DNA of 64,000 nt from Bacteroidota bacterium (GTDB lineage Bacteria > Bacteroidota > Bacteroidia > Flavobacteriales > Flavobacteriaceae), in the NCBI GenBank assembly GCA_048498055.1, contig JBEHYS010000014.1, forward strand, positions 10,624 to 74,623. Reading direction: 5' to 3'. The position numbers were made by a program, and so were the translations under genes. Within the stretch, counting starts at the first letter, position 1. Each line of letters begins with the position of its first letter. The notes under the pieces were generated by a model. That model had not been told where the DNA came from. It searched no databases and saw only the letters and a list, made by a program, of their open reading frames with translations. Positions 1 through 7,753 of this stretch are shown one piece after another.

Positions 1-1
1 G

Positions 2-1009
2 GTTGGCCACGATTCCCACAGCCCAGCCATCGATCCGGGCATATCCGGTAATGATCGTTTGGCCGTAGCCGTCTTTGTAGGCCTCGAACTCGGAATTGTC
101 GACCAGCCGGTTGATGATTTCCATCATATCGTACTGCTCGTTCCGCGCCTTGGGCAAAATGCCGTAAATCTCATCTTCTTTCATTGCCGGTTTTTGCGGC
201 TTTATGCGGCTGAATCCGGCTTTGTCGAAATCGCCGATCTTGTCCACGATGTTTTTGATCTTATCCAGCGCATCTTTGTCGTCTTTTGCTTTGTAATCGG
301 TCACGCCCGAAATCTCGCAATGCGTCGTCGCACCGCCAAGGGTTTCATTGTCGATGGTTTCGCCGATGGCCGCTTTCACCAAATAACTTCCCGCCAGGAA
401 AATACTGCCGGTTTTATCTACGATCAGCGCTTCGTCGCTCATGATCGGCAGGTAAGCGCCGCCCGCGACACAGCTTCCCATGACGGCTGCAATCTGCGTA
501 ATTCCGAGGCTGCTCATCACGGCATTGTTGCGGAAAATCCGGCCGAAGTGCTCTTTGTCGGGAAAAATTTCGTCCTGCATCGGAAGGTAAACTCCGGCGC
601 TGTCAACGAGATAGATGATCGGCAAACGATTTTCGATGGCGATTTCCTGTGCGCGGAGGTTCTTTTTTCCGGTAATCGGGAACCAGGCGCCGGCTTTTAC
701 GGTCGCGTCATTGGCAACGACGATGCACTGTTTTCCTTTGATATAACCGATTTTGACGACAACGCCGCCGCTCGGGCAACCGCCGTGCTCGCTGTACATG
801 CCGTCTCCGGCAAAAGCACCGATCTCGATGCTTCTCGATTTCTCGTCGAGCAGGTAATCGATGCGTTCGCGCGCGGTCATTTTGCCTTCGCCGTGGAGTT
901 TTGCAATGCGTTTTTCGCCGCCGCCGAGCTTGACTTTGGCCAGTTTTTGTTTGAGTTCGGAAAGAAGCAGTTTGTTGTGGTCTTCGTTTTTATTGAAGTT
1001 CAGGTCCAT
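2..1009 (-). CDS. Acyl-CoA carboxylase carboxyltransferase (beta) subunit, methylcrotonyl/propionyl-CoA type; 3' end runs off the window
   Basis: Manual minus-strand translation from ATG at 1009 gives MDLNFNKNEDHNKLLLSELKQKLAKVKLGGGEKRIAKLHGEGKMTARERIDYLLD, and further on ANDATVKAGAWFPIT and YLVDSAG. These are typical carboxyltransferase motifs. Not in the ORF track because there is no stop codon inside the window. Confidence 0.9.
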   Translation of the reverse strand, partial: MDLNFNKNEDHNKLLLSELKQKLAKVKLGGGEKRIAKLHGEGKMTARERIDYLLDEKSRSIEIGAFAGDGMYSEHGGCPSGGVVVKIGYIKGKQCIVVANDATVKAGAWFPITGKKNLRAQEIAIENRLPIIYLVDSAGVYLPMQDEIFPDKEHFGRIFRNNAVMSSLGITQIAAVMGSCVAGGAYLPIMSDEALIVDKTGSIFLAGSYLVKAAIGETIDNETLGGATTHCEISGVTDYKAKDDKDALDKIKNIVDKIGDFDKAGFSRIKPQKPAMKEDEIYGILPKARNEQYDMMEIINRLVDNSEFEAYKDGYGQTIITGYARIDGWAVGIVAN

Positions 1010-1097
1010 AGATAAGTCGCGTCAAAGTTTATTTGCGTGGCTAAAATACGAAAACGGATGAATATTATACCGCTTGCCGCAGCAGGATTCAGGATAT

Positions 1098-1127
1098 AAA
1101 AAAGCCGGTAGTCCAAAAACCACCGGC
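1098..1127 (-). terminator. Intrinsic terminator of the Lys-rich gene
   Basis: Minus strand reads GCCGGTGG-loop-CTACCGGC followed by a T run, just downstream of the stop at 1145. Confidence 0.7.
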
Positions 1128-1144
1128 CGGGGAAGTAATGGCAG

Positions 1145-1660
1145 TTACTTTTTCTTTTTTCCCTTGCCTTTCTTTTTATCTTTCTTGGCTTTCGCCTTTG
1201 CTTTTTCTTTTGCCTTCGCTTTTTTGGCCTTTTCTTTGGCTTTTTTCTTTTTCTCTTTTTCCTTTTCCTTCTGTTTTTTTGCTTTCGCTTTTTCCTTCCT
1301 GTCTTTGTCTTTTATTTTTTTGTCTTTCTTTTTGCCGGATTTGTCCCCGATTTTGAAATCGGCTTTCGGTTTGTTTTCAGAAACGATTTCCGCTTTGGCA
1401 ATCTTGCTTTCGTCGGTTTTTTGGGAAGAAAGGCTTTCCCCAGTATTCATTTTGGGTTTTACCGCCGTTCTTGCGGCAGGTTTTCTCGTCGTTGTGGTTT
1501 TCGCTACAGGTTTCGCCGCTGAAGAAGTGCGCCTTACAACACGCTTTGCCGGCGCTTTCGGCGAAGCTTCAGCATTGTTTTCGGCCGGCAATTCGGATTG
1601 GGCTGCGGGTGCAATTTTTGCCGCCGCCCGCGATGCCGGTTTTCGTACGGGTTGTTTCAT
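1145..1660 (-). CDS. Lys/Ala-rich low-complexity basic protein (histone H1-like composition), 171 aa
   Basis: About 55 of 171 residues are Lys. The N-terminal half is PAK/ATK-rich and the C-terminal KEKAK-type tail has 38 K in 62 aa. It has its own TATCTTTG box (1710-1717, minus) and a terminator. Confidence 0.75.
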   Translation of the reverse strand: MKQPVRKPASRAAAKIAPAAQSELPAENNAEASPKAPAKRVVRRTSSAAKPVAKTTTTRKPAARTAVKPKMNTGESLSSQKTDESKIAKAEIVSENKPKADFKIGDKSGKKKDKKIKDKDRKEKAKAKKQKEKEKEKKKKAKEKAKKAKAKEKAKAKAKKDKKKGKGKKKK

Positions 1661-1906
1661 CGTGAGTTGATTTAGTTTTCTTGTTAATTGGATGTAAAGT
1701 TATTGTTACCAAAGATAAATGTTAAAGGGATACGGCAATGTTAAGTTTTTGAAACGGCAATCCGTAATCTTGATGAATTGCGAATTAAGCCCAATGCCCA
1801 TCGGCATAGCATTTCGGGGTTTCACTAAGTTAACTTTTTAATCGATGCAAATAGCTCCGTTTCATACTATTTCCGATAACTTAATATTGCGTTAACATTG
1901 AAAGAT

Positions 1907-1914
1907 TACTTTTG
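1907..1914 (+). promoter_or_regulatory. Bacteroidota sigma70 -7 box (TACTTTTG) for the DUF47-pit operon
   Basis: Exact match to the TAnnTTTG consensus, 24 nt before the ATG at 1939. Confidence 0.65.
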
Positions 1915-1938
1915 TCCCGAATTTAAAACATACTCACA

Positions 1939-2583
1939 ATGTCTTTGAACAATATTTTTCAATTCCTGGTCCCGAAAGACAAAAAGTTCTATCCGTTGTT
2001 TGAGCAGGCGTCGATGAATCTGATCCTTCTTGCCGAAACACTTCACGAAGGCGTCAATGCCGACCGTTCGTCGCGGGACGAATACTTCAAAAGGATTGAG
2101 GAACTCGAGGCCATCATTGAAGAAATTACGCACAAGACGCACATCGAGCTTTATAAAAACTTCATTACGCCGTTCGACCGCGAAGACATCCATGCGCTGG
2201 TAAAATCGATGGATGACGTAGCCGATTACATGCACGGTGCCGCAAGCCGTATGCGTTTGTACCAGGTCGAGAAAATCACCAAATCAATCCGTAAACTGAC
2301 CGAAATCAATCTGGAAGCCTGCCAGAATATCGGCCTGGCCATAAAGCAACTGAAAGACCTCAAAAACCTCAAGGCCATCAGCGACGCCTGCAAGCGGATC
2401 AACAAACTCGAAAGCAAGGCCGACAATGTTTTCGACAAAGCGGTTGCCGATATTTTCGAGAACGAAACCGATGCGAAAAACATCATCAAATACAAAGAAG
2501 TCCTTTCCGCGCTTGAATCGGCATCCGACAAGTGCAAAAGCGTGGCAAACGTCCTGGAATCGATCGTCGTAAAACACTCCTAA
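1939..2583 (+). CDS. DUF47 / PhoU-like phosphate transport regulator
   Basis: FITPFDREDIHAL and LE...DKC..VANVLE motifs; 214 aa helical protein directly upstream of a PiT transporter, the usual pairing. Confidence 0.9.
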   Translation: MSLNNIFQFLVPKDKKFYPLFEQASMNLILLAETLHEGVNADRSSRDEYFKRIEELEAIIEEITHKTHIELYKNFITPFDREDIHALVKSMDDVADYMHGAASRMRLYQVEKITKSIRKLTEINLEACQNIGLAIKQLKDLKNLKAISDACKRINKLESKADNVFDKAVADIFENETDAKNIIKYKEVLSALESASDKCKSVANVLESIVVKHS

Positions 2584-2603
2584 AAGGCAAACGGTAATCA
2601 ATT

Positions 2604-3881
2604 ATGGATTTTACGCTACTGATAATCATTATTGTACTTGCGCTGATTTTTGATTATATCAACGGTTTCCACGATGCTGCCAACGCGATCGCGACGGTCG
2701 TGGCCACCAAAGTCCTCACGCCTTTCCAGGCGGTCTTGTGGGCGGCTTTCTTCAACTTTCTGGCGTATTGGGTTTTCGGTTTCGGCGTTGCCGATACGGT
2801 CGCCAAAACGGCGAAAACCGAACATATCGACCTAATCGTTATTCTCTCAGGCGTCATTGCGGCCATTTGCTGGAACCTGTTTACCTGGTGGCAGGGAATT
2901 CCGTCGAGCTCGTCGCATACGCTCATCGGCGGATTCGCCGGTGCGGCGATTGCTCATGCCGGTTTTAATGTGGTTTCCTGGTATATGCCCGCGAAAGACG
3001 GCGGTGTGCCTTCCGGCGTACTGATTATCATTGCATTCATCGTGCTCGCGCCGTTGTTGGGCGCGCTGATTTCGTATTTGATCTCGATCTGGCTGCTCAA
3101 CGCCTCGAAGAAAAGCATCTATCCCAAAATATTTACGGCGCTGCTAATGATGCTGACCTATTGGTTCGTTGCCACGCAAGTCAAGACCGATATCGATAAG
3201 CCGCGGTTCGAATCGCATTTCTGGAGCGTCGCGTTCGATTCTCACAATATCAAATGGTTTCTCGTGGCGTTCATCATGACGGCAATCGGGACGTTCTGCC
3301 TGTTGTTCAGCAGCATCAGCCTGAGCAGGTCGGATTACTGGCTGAAAAAGATGCAATTGCTTTCATCGGCTGCATTCAGCCTTGGCCACGGCGGAAACGA
3401 TTCGCAAAAAGTTATGGGCGTGATTGCGGCGGCTGTCGCGGTTTTCATCAACACAAACCATATTTCGACCGGAACCCTGCCCGAATGGCTCAATGTGGTT
3501 TTGCCGAAAGACGGCAGCGAAGGGCATATGCCGGACTGGATTCCGCTGGCTTGCTATACAGTGATTGCCGCCGGTACGTTGAGCGGAGGCTGGAAAATCG
3601 TCAAGACCATGGGTTCGAAAATCACAAAAGTAACCGCTTTTGAAGGCGTTGCAGCCGAAACTGCCGGGGCGTTGACTTTATATTTCACGGAACATTTCAA
3701 GATTCCCGTAAGCACGACACATACCATCACCGGATCGATCATCGGCGTCGGGCTGACCAAGCGCATTTCAGCGGTTCGCTGGGGTGTGACGCGGAATCTG
3801 CTTTATGCCTGGGTGCTGACCATTCCGGTTTCCGCGTGTATTGCCGCTATTGTATATTACATCTTTAAGATTTTCCTATAA
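2604..3881 (+). CDS. pit: Inorganic phosphate transporter, PiT family
   Basis: Signatures NGFHDAANAIAT, GHGGNDSQK, PSSSSH and PVSTTH; many transmembrane segments. Confidence 0.95.
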   Translation: MDFTLLIIIIVLALIFDYINGFHDAANAIATVVATKVLTPFQAVLWAAFFNFLAYWVFGFGVADTVAKTAKTEHIDLIVILSGVIAAICWNLFTWWQGIPSSSSHTLIGGFAGAAIAHAGFNVVSWYMPAKDGGVPSGVLIIIAFIVLAPLLGALISYLISIWLLNASKKSIYPKIFTALLMMLTYWFVATQVKTDIDKPRFESHFWSVAFDSHNIKWFLVAFIMTAIGTFCLLFSSISLSRSDYWLKKMQLLSSAAFSLGHGGNDSQKVMGVIAAAVAVFINTNHISTGTLPEWLNVVLPKDGSEGHMPDWIPLACYTVIAAGTLSGGWKIVKTMGSKITKVTAFEGVAAETAGALTLYFTEHFKIPVSTTHTITGSIIGVGLTKRISAVRWGVTRNLLYAWVLTIPVSACIAAIVYYIFKIFL

Positions 3882-3909
3882 AAAAGCCGTTGGAAAAAGC
3901 GGCATTTTT

Positions 3910-5103
3910 TTATAGGAATTGGTAACGGGCGACCAACGCCATATTGTTGTAGGCGAAACTCACACTCGAATATGCCGTAGGATTTGACTGCGTATTGTAT
4001 CGCAGCTCCAGACTTGCTTTGCGGTAATTGAATCCTGCGCCCAGCCCGAAAGTAATGCTGTTGGATGCAGGATAATAGGCGAACCCGCTGTGGATGCTGA
4101 TCGGATATTTGATCACCGAGCTTTTTGAGATCGCCGCATAGTTCACGCCGCCGTTCACAAAAATTTTCGAATGTTCATTGAGGAAGAAGTAATGCCTGAA
4201 CCCTGCGGCAACCTGGATGTATTTCCACTCCGCCGAAACCGGTACGGTATCCGGATGCGGTTCTTCTTTCTTAAACGAGTTGTAGGTTGGCTCCACGATA
4301 ATGCTCCAACTGTTGTTCCAATAAGGCAGGACATATTCGGCTTCGATTCCGAAACTCATATAGGACTTGCTTCCGAAATCGTGCCCTTCAAGATCTTCGT
4401 CGTCGAAACTAAGGCTATGCCGGCCCAGGAAAACGGATGCTTTAAGGTTAAAACTGCCTTTTTTTGATTCGCGAACTATTTTGTCCGGCTTGTCGCCTTG
4501 GCAAAGATTCGCCGATTCGAAGAATTTTTTCAGGTCTTTTTCAGTATAGGACAGCTTTTCGACTTCCTGCATCGAAGTATTGCCGCATTTGACGTCGGTC
4601 CACAATTGCTGGCGGAACATATTATTCTTTGCAACATCGATCTTATAATGGTCGACGTAATATTTCTTGTAGACCAGCGGCAAGATTTTACCGCCGTTGA
4701 CCTGGTAAAAATAGCGCTCGAGGTTATTCAGCCTGTAATAGTACAGATTGTTGTGCCCTTCGACGATTTCCTTGAGGAATACCCGATTTTTGATGAACTC
4801 CGGATTTTTCTGAGTCGAAATCTGCGCCGGGATTTCACTGGATTGGTCGATATCGACTTCCGCGCTCGCATACGTTAGGCCGCCGACGGAAAATAACTTG
4901 ACGTCCGCTGCTTTTTTCTCTGCAGTGTCGCCATCAATTGCAGTTTTGTATTCAAAAGCTTCCGGCGAACTGCTCCAGTCGGAATTTTTGATCATGCATT
5001 CGGTCTTTGTTCCCGAATTATCGATAAAATAGCCGTTTTCAAATTTCGTTTGTGCCGTAGCGCACCAACTGGTCAGTAAAACCAGTGCATAAAGATATTT
5101 CAT
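3910..5103 (-). CDS. Outer-membrane beta-barrel domain protein (signal peptide, soluble N-terminal domain, C-terminal barrel)
   Basis: Signal peptide ending ATA-Q; amphipathic strands in the C-terminal half; ends ALVARYQFL, resembling a beta-signal. Confidence 0.7.
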   Translation of the reverse strand: MKYLYALVLLTSWCATAQTKFENGYFIDNSGTKTECMIKNSDWSSSPEAFEYKTAIDGDTAEKKAADVKLFSVGGLTYASAEVDIDQSSEIPAQISTQKNPEFIKNRVFLKEIVEGHNNLYYYRLNNLERYFYQVNGGKILPLVYKKYYVDHYKIDVAKNNMFRQQLWTDVKCGNTSMQEVEKLSYTEKDLKKFFESANLCQGDKPDKIVRESKKGSFNLKASVFLGRHSLSFDDEDLEGHDFGSKSYMSFGIEAEYVLPYWNNSWSIIVEPTYNSFKKEEPHPDTVPVSAEWKYIQVAAGFRHYFFLNEHSKIFVNGGVNYAAISKSSVIKYPISIHSGFAYYPASNSITFGLGAGFNYRKASLELRYNTQSNPTAYSSVSFAYNNMALVARYQFL

Positions 5104-5167
5104 TAGGGATTTTTTGCAAGTCTACGACTTTCCTGAAAATTTAAATACAGAAAATCTGCAATTTTTG

Positions 5168-6266
5168 CTATTCGTCATTTTTTTGCCCCATCATCATCAG
5201 GTAAGCTTTGAGGAATTCGTCGATTTCGCCGTTCATCACGCCGTCGACGTCGCTCGTTTCATAGCCGGTGCGGACGTCTTTCACGAGTTTGTACGGATGC
5301 ATGACGTAATTCCGTATTTGCGAACCCCATTCGATTTTCATCTTTCCCGCTTCGATGTCGGCGCGCTGCTCGAGACGTTTTTTGAGCTCGATCTCATACA
5401 ATTGCGATTTGAGCATCTGCATCGCACGCTGGCGGTTGTCGTGCTGCGAACGTGTTTCGGAACATTGGATCTGGATTCCGGTCGGCTTGTGCAAAAGCTG
5501 GACTTTGGTTTCGACCTTGTTGACGTTCTGCCCGCCGGCGCCGCTTGATCGCGCGGTCGTGATCTCAATGTCGGCCGGATTGATCTCGATTTCGATCGTG
5601 TCGTCGACCAGCGGATAAACGTACACTGAAACGAACGAAGTATGTCGCTTTGCGTTGCTGTCAAAAGGCGAGATGCGAACCAGCCGGTGCACGCCGTTTT
5701 CGCCTTTGAGATATCCGAATGCAAAATCGCCCTCGATTTCGAGCGTCACGGTCTTGATCCCGGCCACGTCGCCTTCCTGGAAATTGAGTTCCTTGACTTT
5801 GTAGCCTTGTTTTTCGGCATACATCAGATACATCCGCATCAGCATCGAAGCCCAGTCGCAGCTTTCGGTTCCGCCGGCGCCGGCCGTGATCTGCAGGACT
5901 GCGCTGAGCGTGTCGCCTTCGTCCGAAAGCATGTTGCGGAATTCGAGGTTTTCGACCTGATGGCTTGTAATGGAGTATTGCTCGTCGAGTTCTTCAACCG
6001 ACAAGTCGCCTTCTTTGTAAAAGTCGTAGGCCAACTGGAGTTCTTCAGCCATATCGACCGCTTTTTGGTAGTCGTCGACCCATTTTTTTTTGGTTCTCAG
6101 GTTCTTGACGATCGCTTCGGCTTCCCGGGCGTTGTCCCAAAATCCGGGCGCGAAGGTTTTTTCTTCCTCGTTGGTAATCTCTATCTGCTTGGCATCGATG
6201 TCAAAGATACCTCCTCAGCGCACCAAGGCGCTCTACAATACCTTTGATCTGTTCGGTATTTGTCAT
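5168..6266 (-). CDS. prfB: Peptide chain release factor 2, expressed through a programmed +1 frameshift (about 365 aa)
   Basis: ATG at 6266 gives 21 codons ([21 protein letters not shown]) ending at CTT-TGA-C (6206-6200). The +1 frame continues DIDAKQIE into the 5168-6052 ORF, which contains SPF and GGQ. Confidence 0.97.
6200..6215 (-). promoter_or_regulatory. prfB frameshift cassette: AGGAGG-TAT-CTT-TGA-C
   Basis: An internal SD-like AGGAGG (6215-6210) lies 3 nt before the slippery CTT TGA C, the canonical RF2 autoregulatory site. Confidence 0.95.
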
Positions 6267-6274
6267 AAATAATG

Positions 6275-6296
6275 TACTTTTGTTCGGACAAAAATA
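6275..6296. promoter_or_regulatory. Closely spaced divergent -7 boxes for ltaE (TACTTTTG, + strand, 6275-6282) and prfB (TATTTTTG, - strand, 6289-6296)
   Basis: Two TAnnTTTG matches in the 47-bp gap between the divergent starts. Confidence 0.55.
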
Positions 6297-6313
6297 CCAT
6301 TCATTTTTATTAT

Positions 6314-7336
6314 ATGGAAATTAATTTAGTCAGTGATACGGTCACCAAGCCGACGCCCGCGATGTTGAAGCAGATGTTCCACGCAAAAGTAGGCGACGAC
6401 GTTTTCGGGCAGGATCCGACGGTTAATGCCTTACAGGATCGTGTTGCACAGATGTTCGGGATGGAAGCGGCGATGTTTTTCCCTTCAGGGACAATGGCCA
6501 ACCAGACCGGCATCAAGTTGCTGACCAATCCGGGCGAGCAGCTGATCGCCGACAAATGGGCGCATATCTTCAACTATGAAGCCGGCGGCGTATCGTTCAA
6601 CAGCGGGGTTTCGTGCAGTCTGGTCGACGGGAACCGCGGTATGATCACTGCCGAACAGGTCAAGGCACACATCAATCCGCCCGATTTTTATCATAGCCCG
6701 ATTACCAGTTTGGTTTGTGTCGAAAACACGACCAATAAAGGCGGCGGCGCGTGCTACGAAATCGACGATCTGAAAAAAATACGCAAAGTCTGCGACGCGC
6801 ACAACCTCAAATTCCATCTCGACGGCGCGCGCATCTGGAATGCGATGGTTGCCAAAAATCAGGCACCGGAAGATTTCGGCAGCTTGTTCGATACCATTTC
6901 GGTTTGCCTGTCGAAAGGACTCGGAGCGCCGGTCGGTTCACTTTTGATTTCAGATAAGAAGACAATAGACAGAGCGCTCAGGATCAGGAAAATATTTGGA
7001 GGCGGAATGCGCCAGGCCGGCTATCTCGCGGCGGCCGGAATGTATGCTTTGGACCATCATATCGAGCGGCTGGCGGACGACCACCGCAGGGCGAAGGAAA
7101 TTGGCGCGGTGCTCTCGAAATTGCCATGGATCGCAAAGGTTGAGCCTGTTGAAACGAACATCCTGATTTTTTCGGTGCAGCCCAAAATCGATGAGAATTC
7201 GGTGATGAGCAAGCTCAAGGAAAAAGGCATTTCGATCAGTTCAATGGGGCAGGGCAAGCTCCGGATGGTGACGCACCTCGATTACAAGGAAGTCATGCAC
7301 GATTATGTGCTGGAAACGCTGCGAAAGCTGAAGTAA
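6314..7336 (+). CDS. ltaE: Low-specificity L-threonine aldolase (PLP)
   Basis: Motifs SDTVTKPT, PSGTMANQ, HLDGARIWNA and CLSKGLGAP. Start placed at ATG 6314 (MEINLVSD). Confidence 0.93.
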   Translation: MEINLVSDTVTKPTPAMLKQMFHAKVGDDVFGQDPTVNALQDRVAQMFGMEAAMFFPSGTMANQTGIKLLTNPGEQLIADKWAHIFNYEAGGVSFNSGVSCSLVDGNRGMITAEQVKAHINPPDFYHSPITSLVCVENTTNKGGGACYEIDDLKKIRKVCDAHNLKFHLDGARIWNAMVAKNQAPEDFGSLFDTISVCLSKGLGAPVGSLLISDKKTIDRALRIRKIFGGGMRQAGYLAAAGMYALDHHIERLADDHRRAKEIGAVLSKLPWIAKVEPVETNILIFSVQPKIDENSVMSKLKEKGISISSMGQGKLRMVTHLDYKEVMHDYVLETLRKLK

Positions 7337-7355
7337 CTCCGTAGTATGCTCGAAC

Positions 7356-7687
7356 TTATCTAAATAAATCCAATCCGGGAATATTCGGCATGCCTTCTTT
7401 TGCCACTGCGGCAAGTTCGGCTTCGTTGATCGATGTTGCTTTTTCGATCGCTTTATTCAGTACCAGAATCAGGTAATCTTCAAGTTGTTCTTTGTCCTGA
7501 AGCAGCAAATCATCAACAGTAATGCTCTTGATTTCGCGGTTGGCCGTCAAAGTTATTTTCAGCAAATCATCGCCGCTTTGTCAATAAGTATCGTGTTTAA
7601 ACGTTTTTTGGTTTCTTCGATCTTTTGCTGTCCCGAAGCGTCGGGATCGCGGAGCTTGCCCATCATGTCCATAACATCTCCAAACAT
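7356..7687 (-). pseudogene. ybaB: YbaB/EbfC nucleoid-associated protein, frameshifted (apparent 4-nt loss near 7578) and carrying an in-frame palindromic insertion
   Basis: ATG 7687 gives [36 protein letters not shown], then KAAMIC-stop at 7559. The family C-terminus ([17 protein letters not shown]...GMPNIPG) continues in another frame. The span is 332 nt, not a multiple of 3. Confidence 0.8.
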
Positions 7688-7753
7688 GTTGATAAATTTA
7701 AAATTAACGGAAACGCTAAATTATTATATTGCGGTAACCTGCCCAAACATTTG

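Noticed and set aside
59-1015. 318-aa plus-strand ORF
   Set aside because: Antisense shadow of the carboxyltransferase gene on the minus strand.
1074-1670. 198-aa Phe-rich plus-strand ORF
   Set aside because: Mirror of the Lys-rich gene (AAA read as TTT); the promoter box and terminator support the minus strand.
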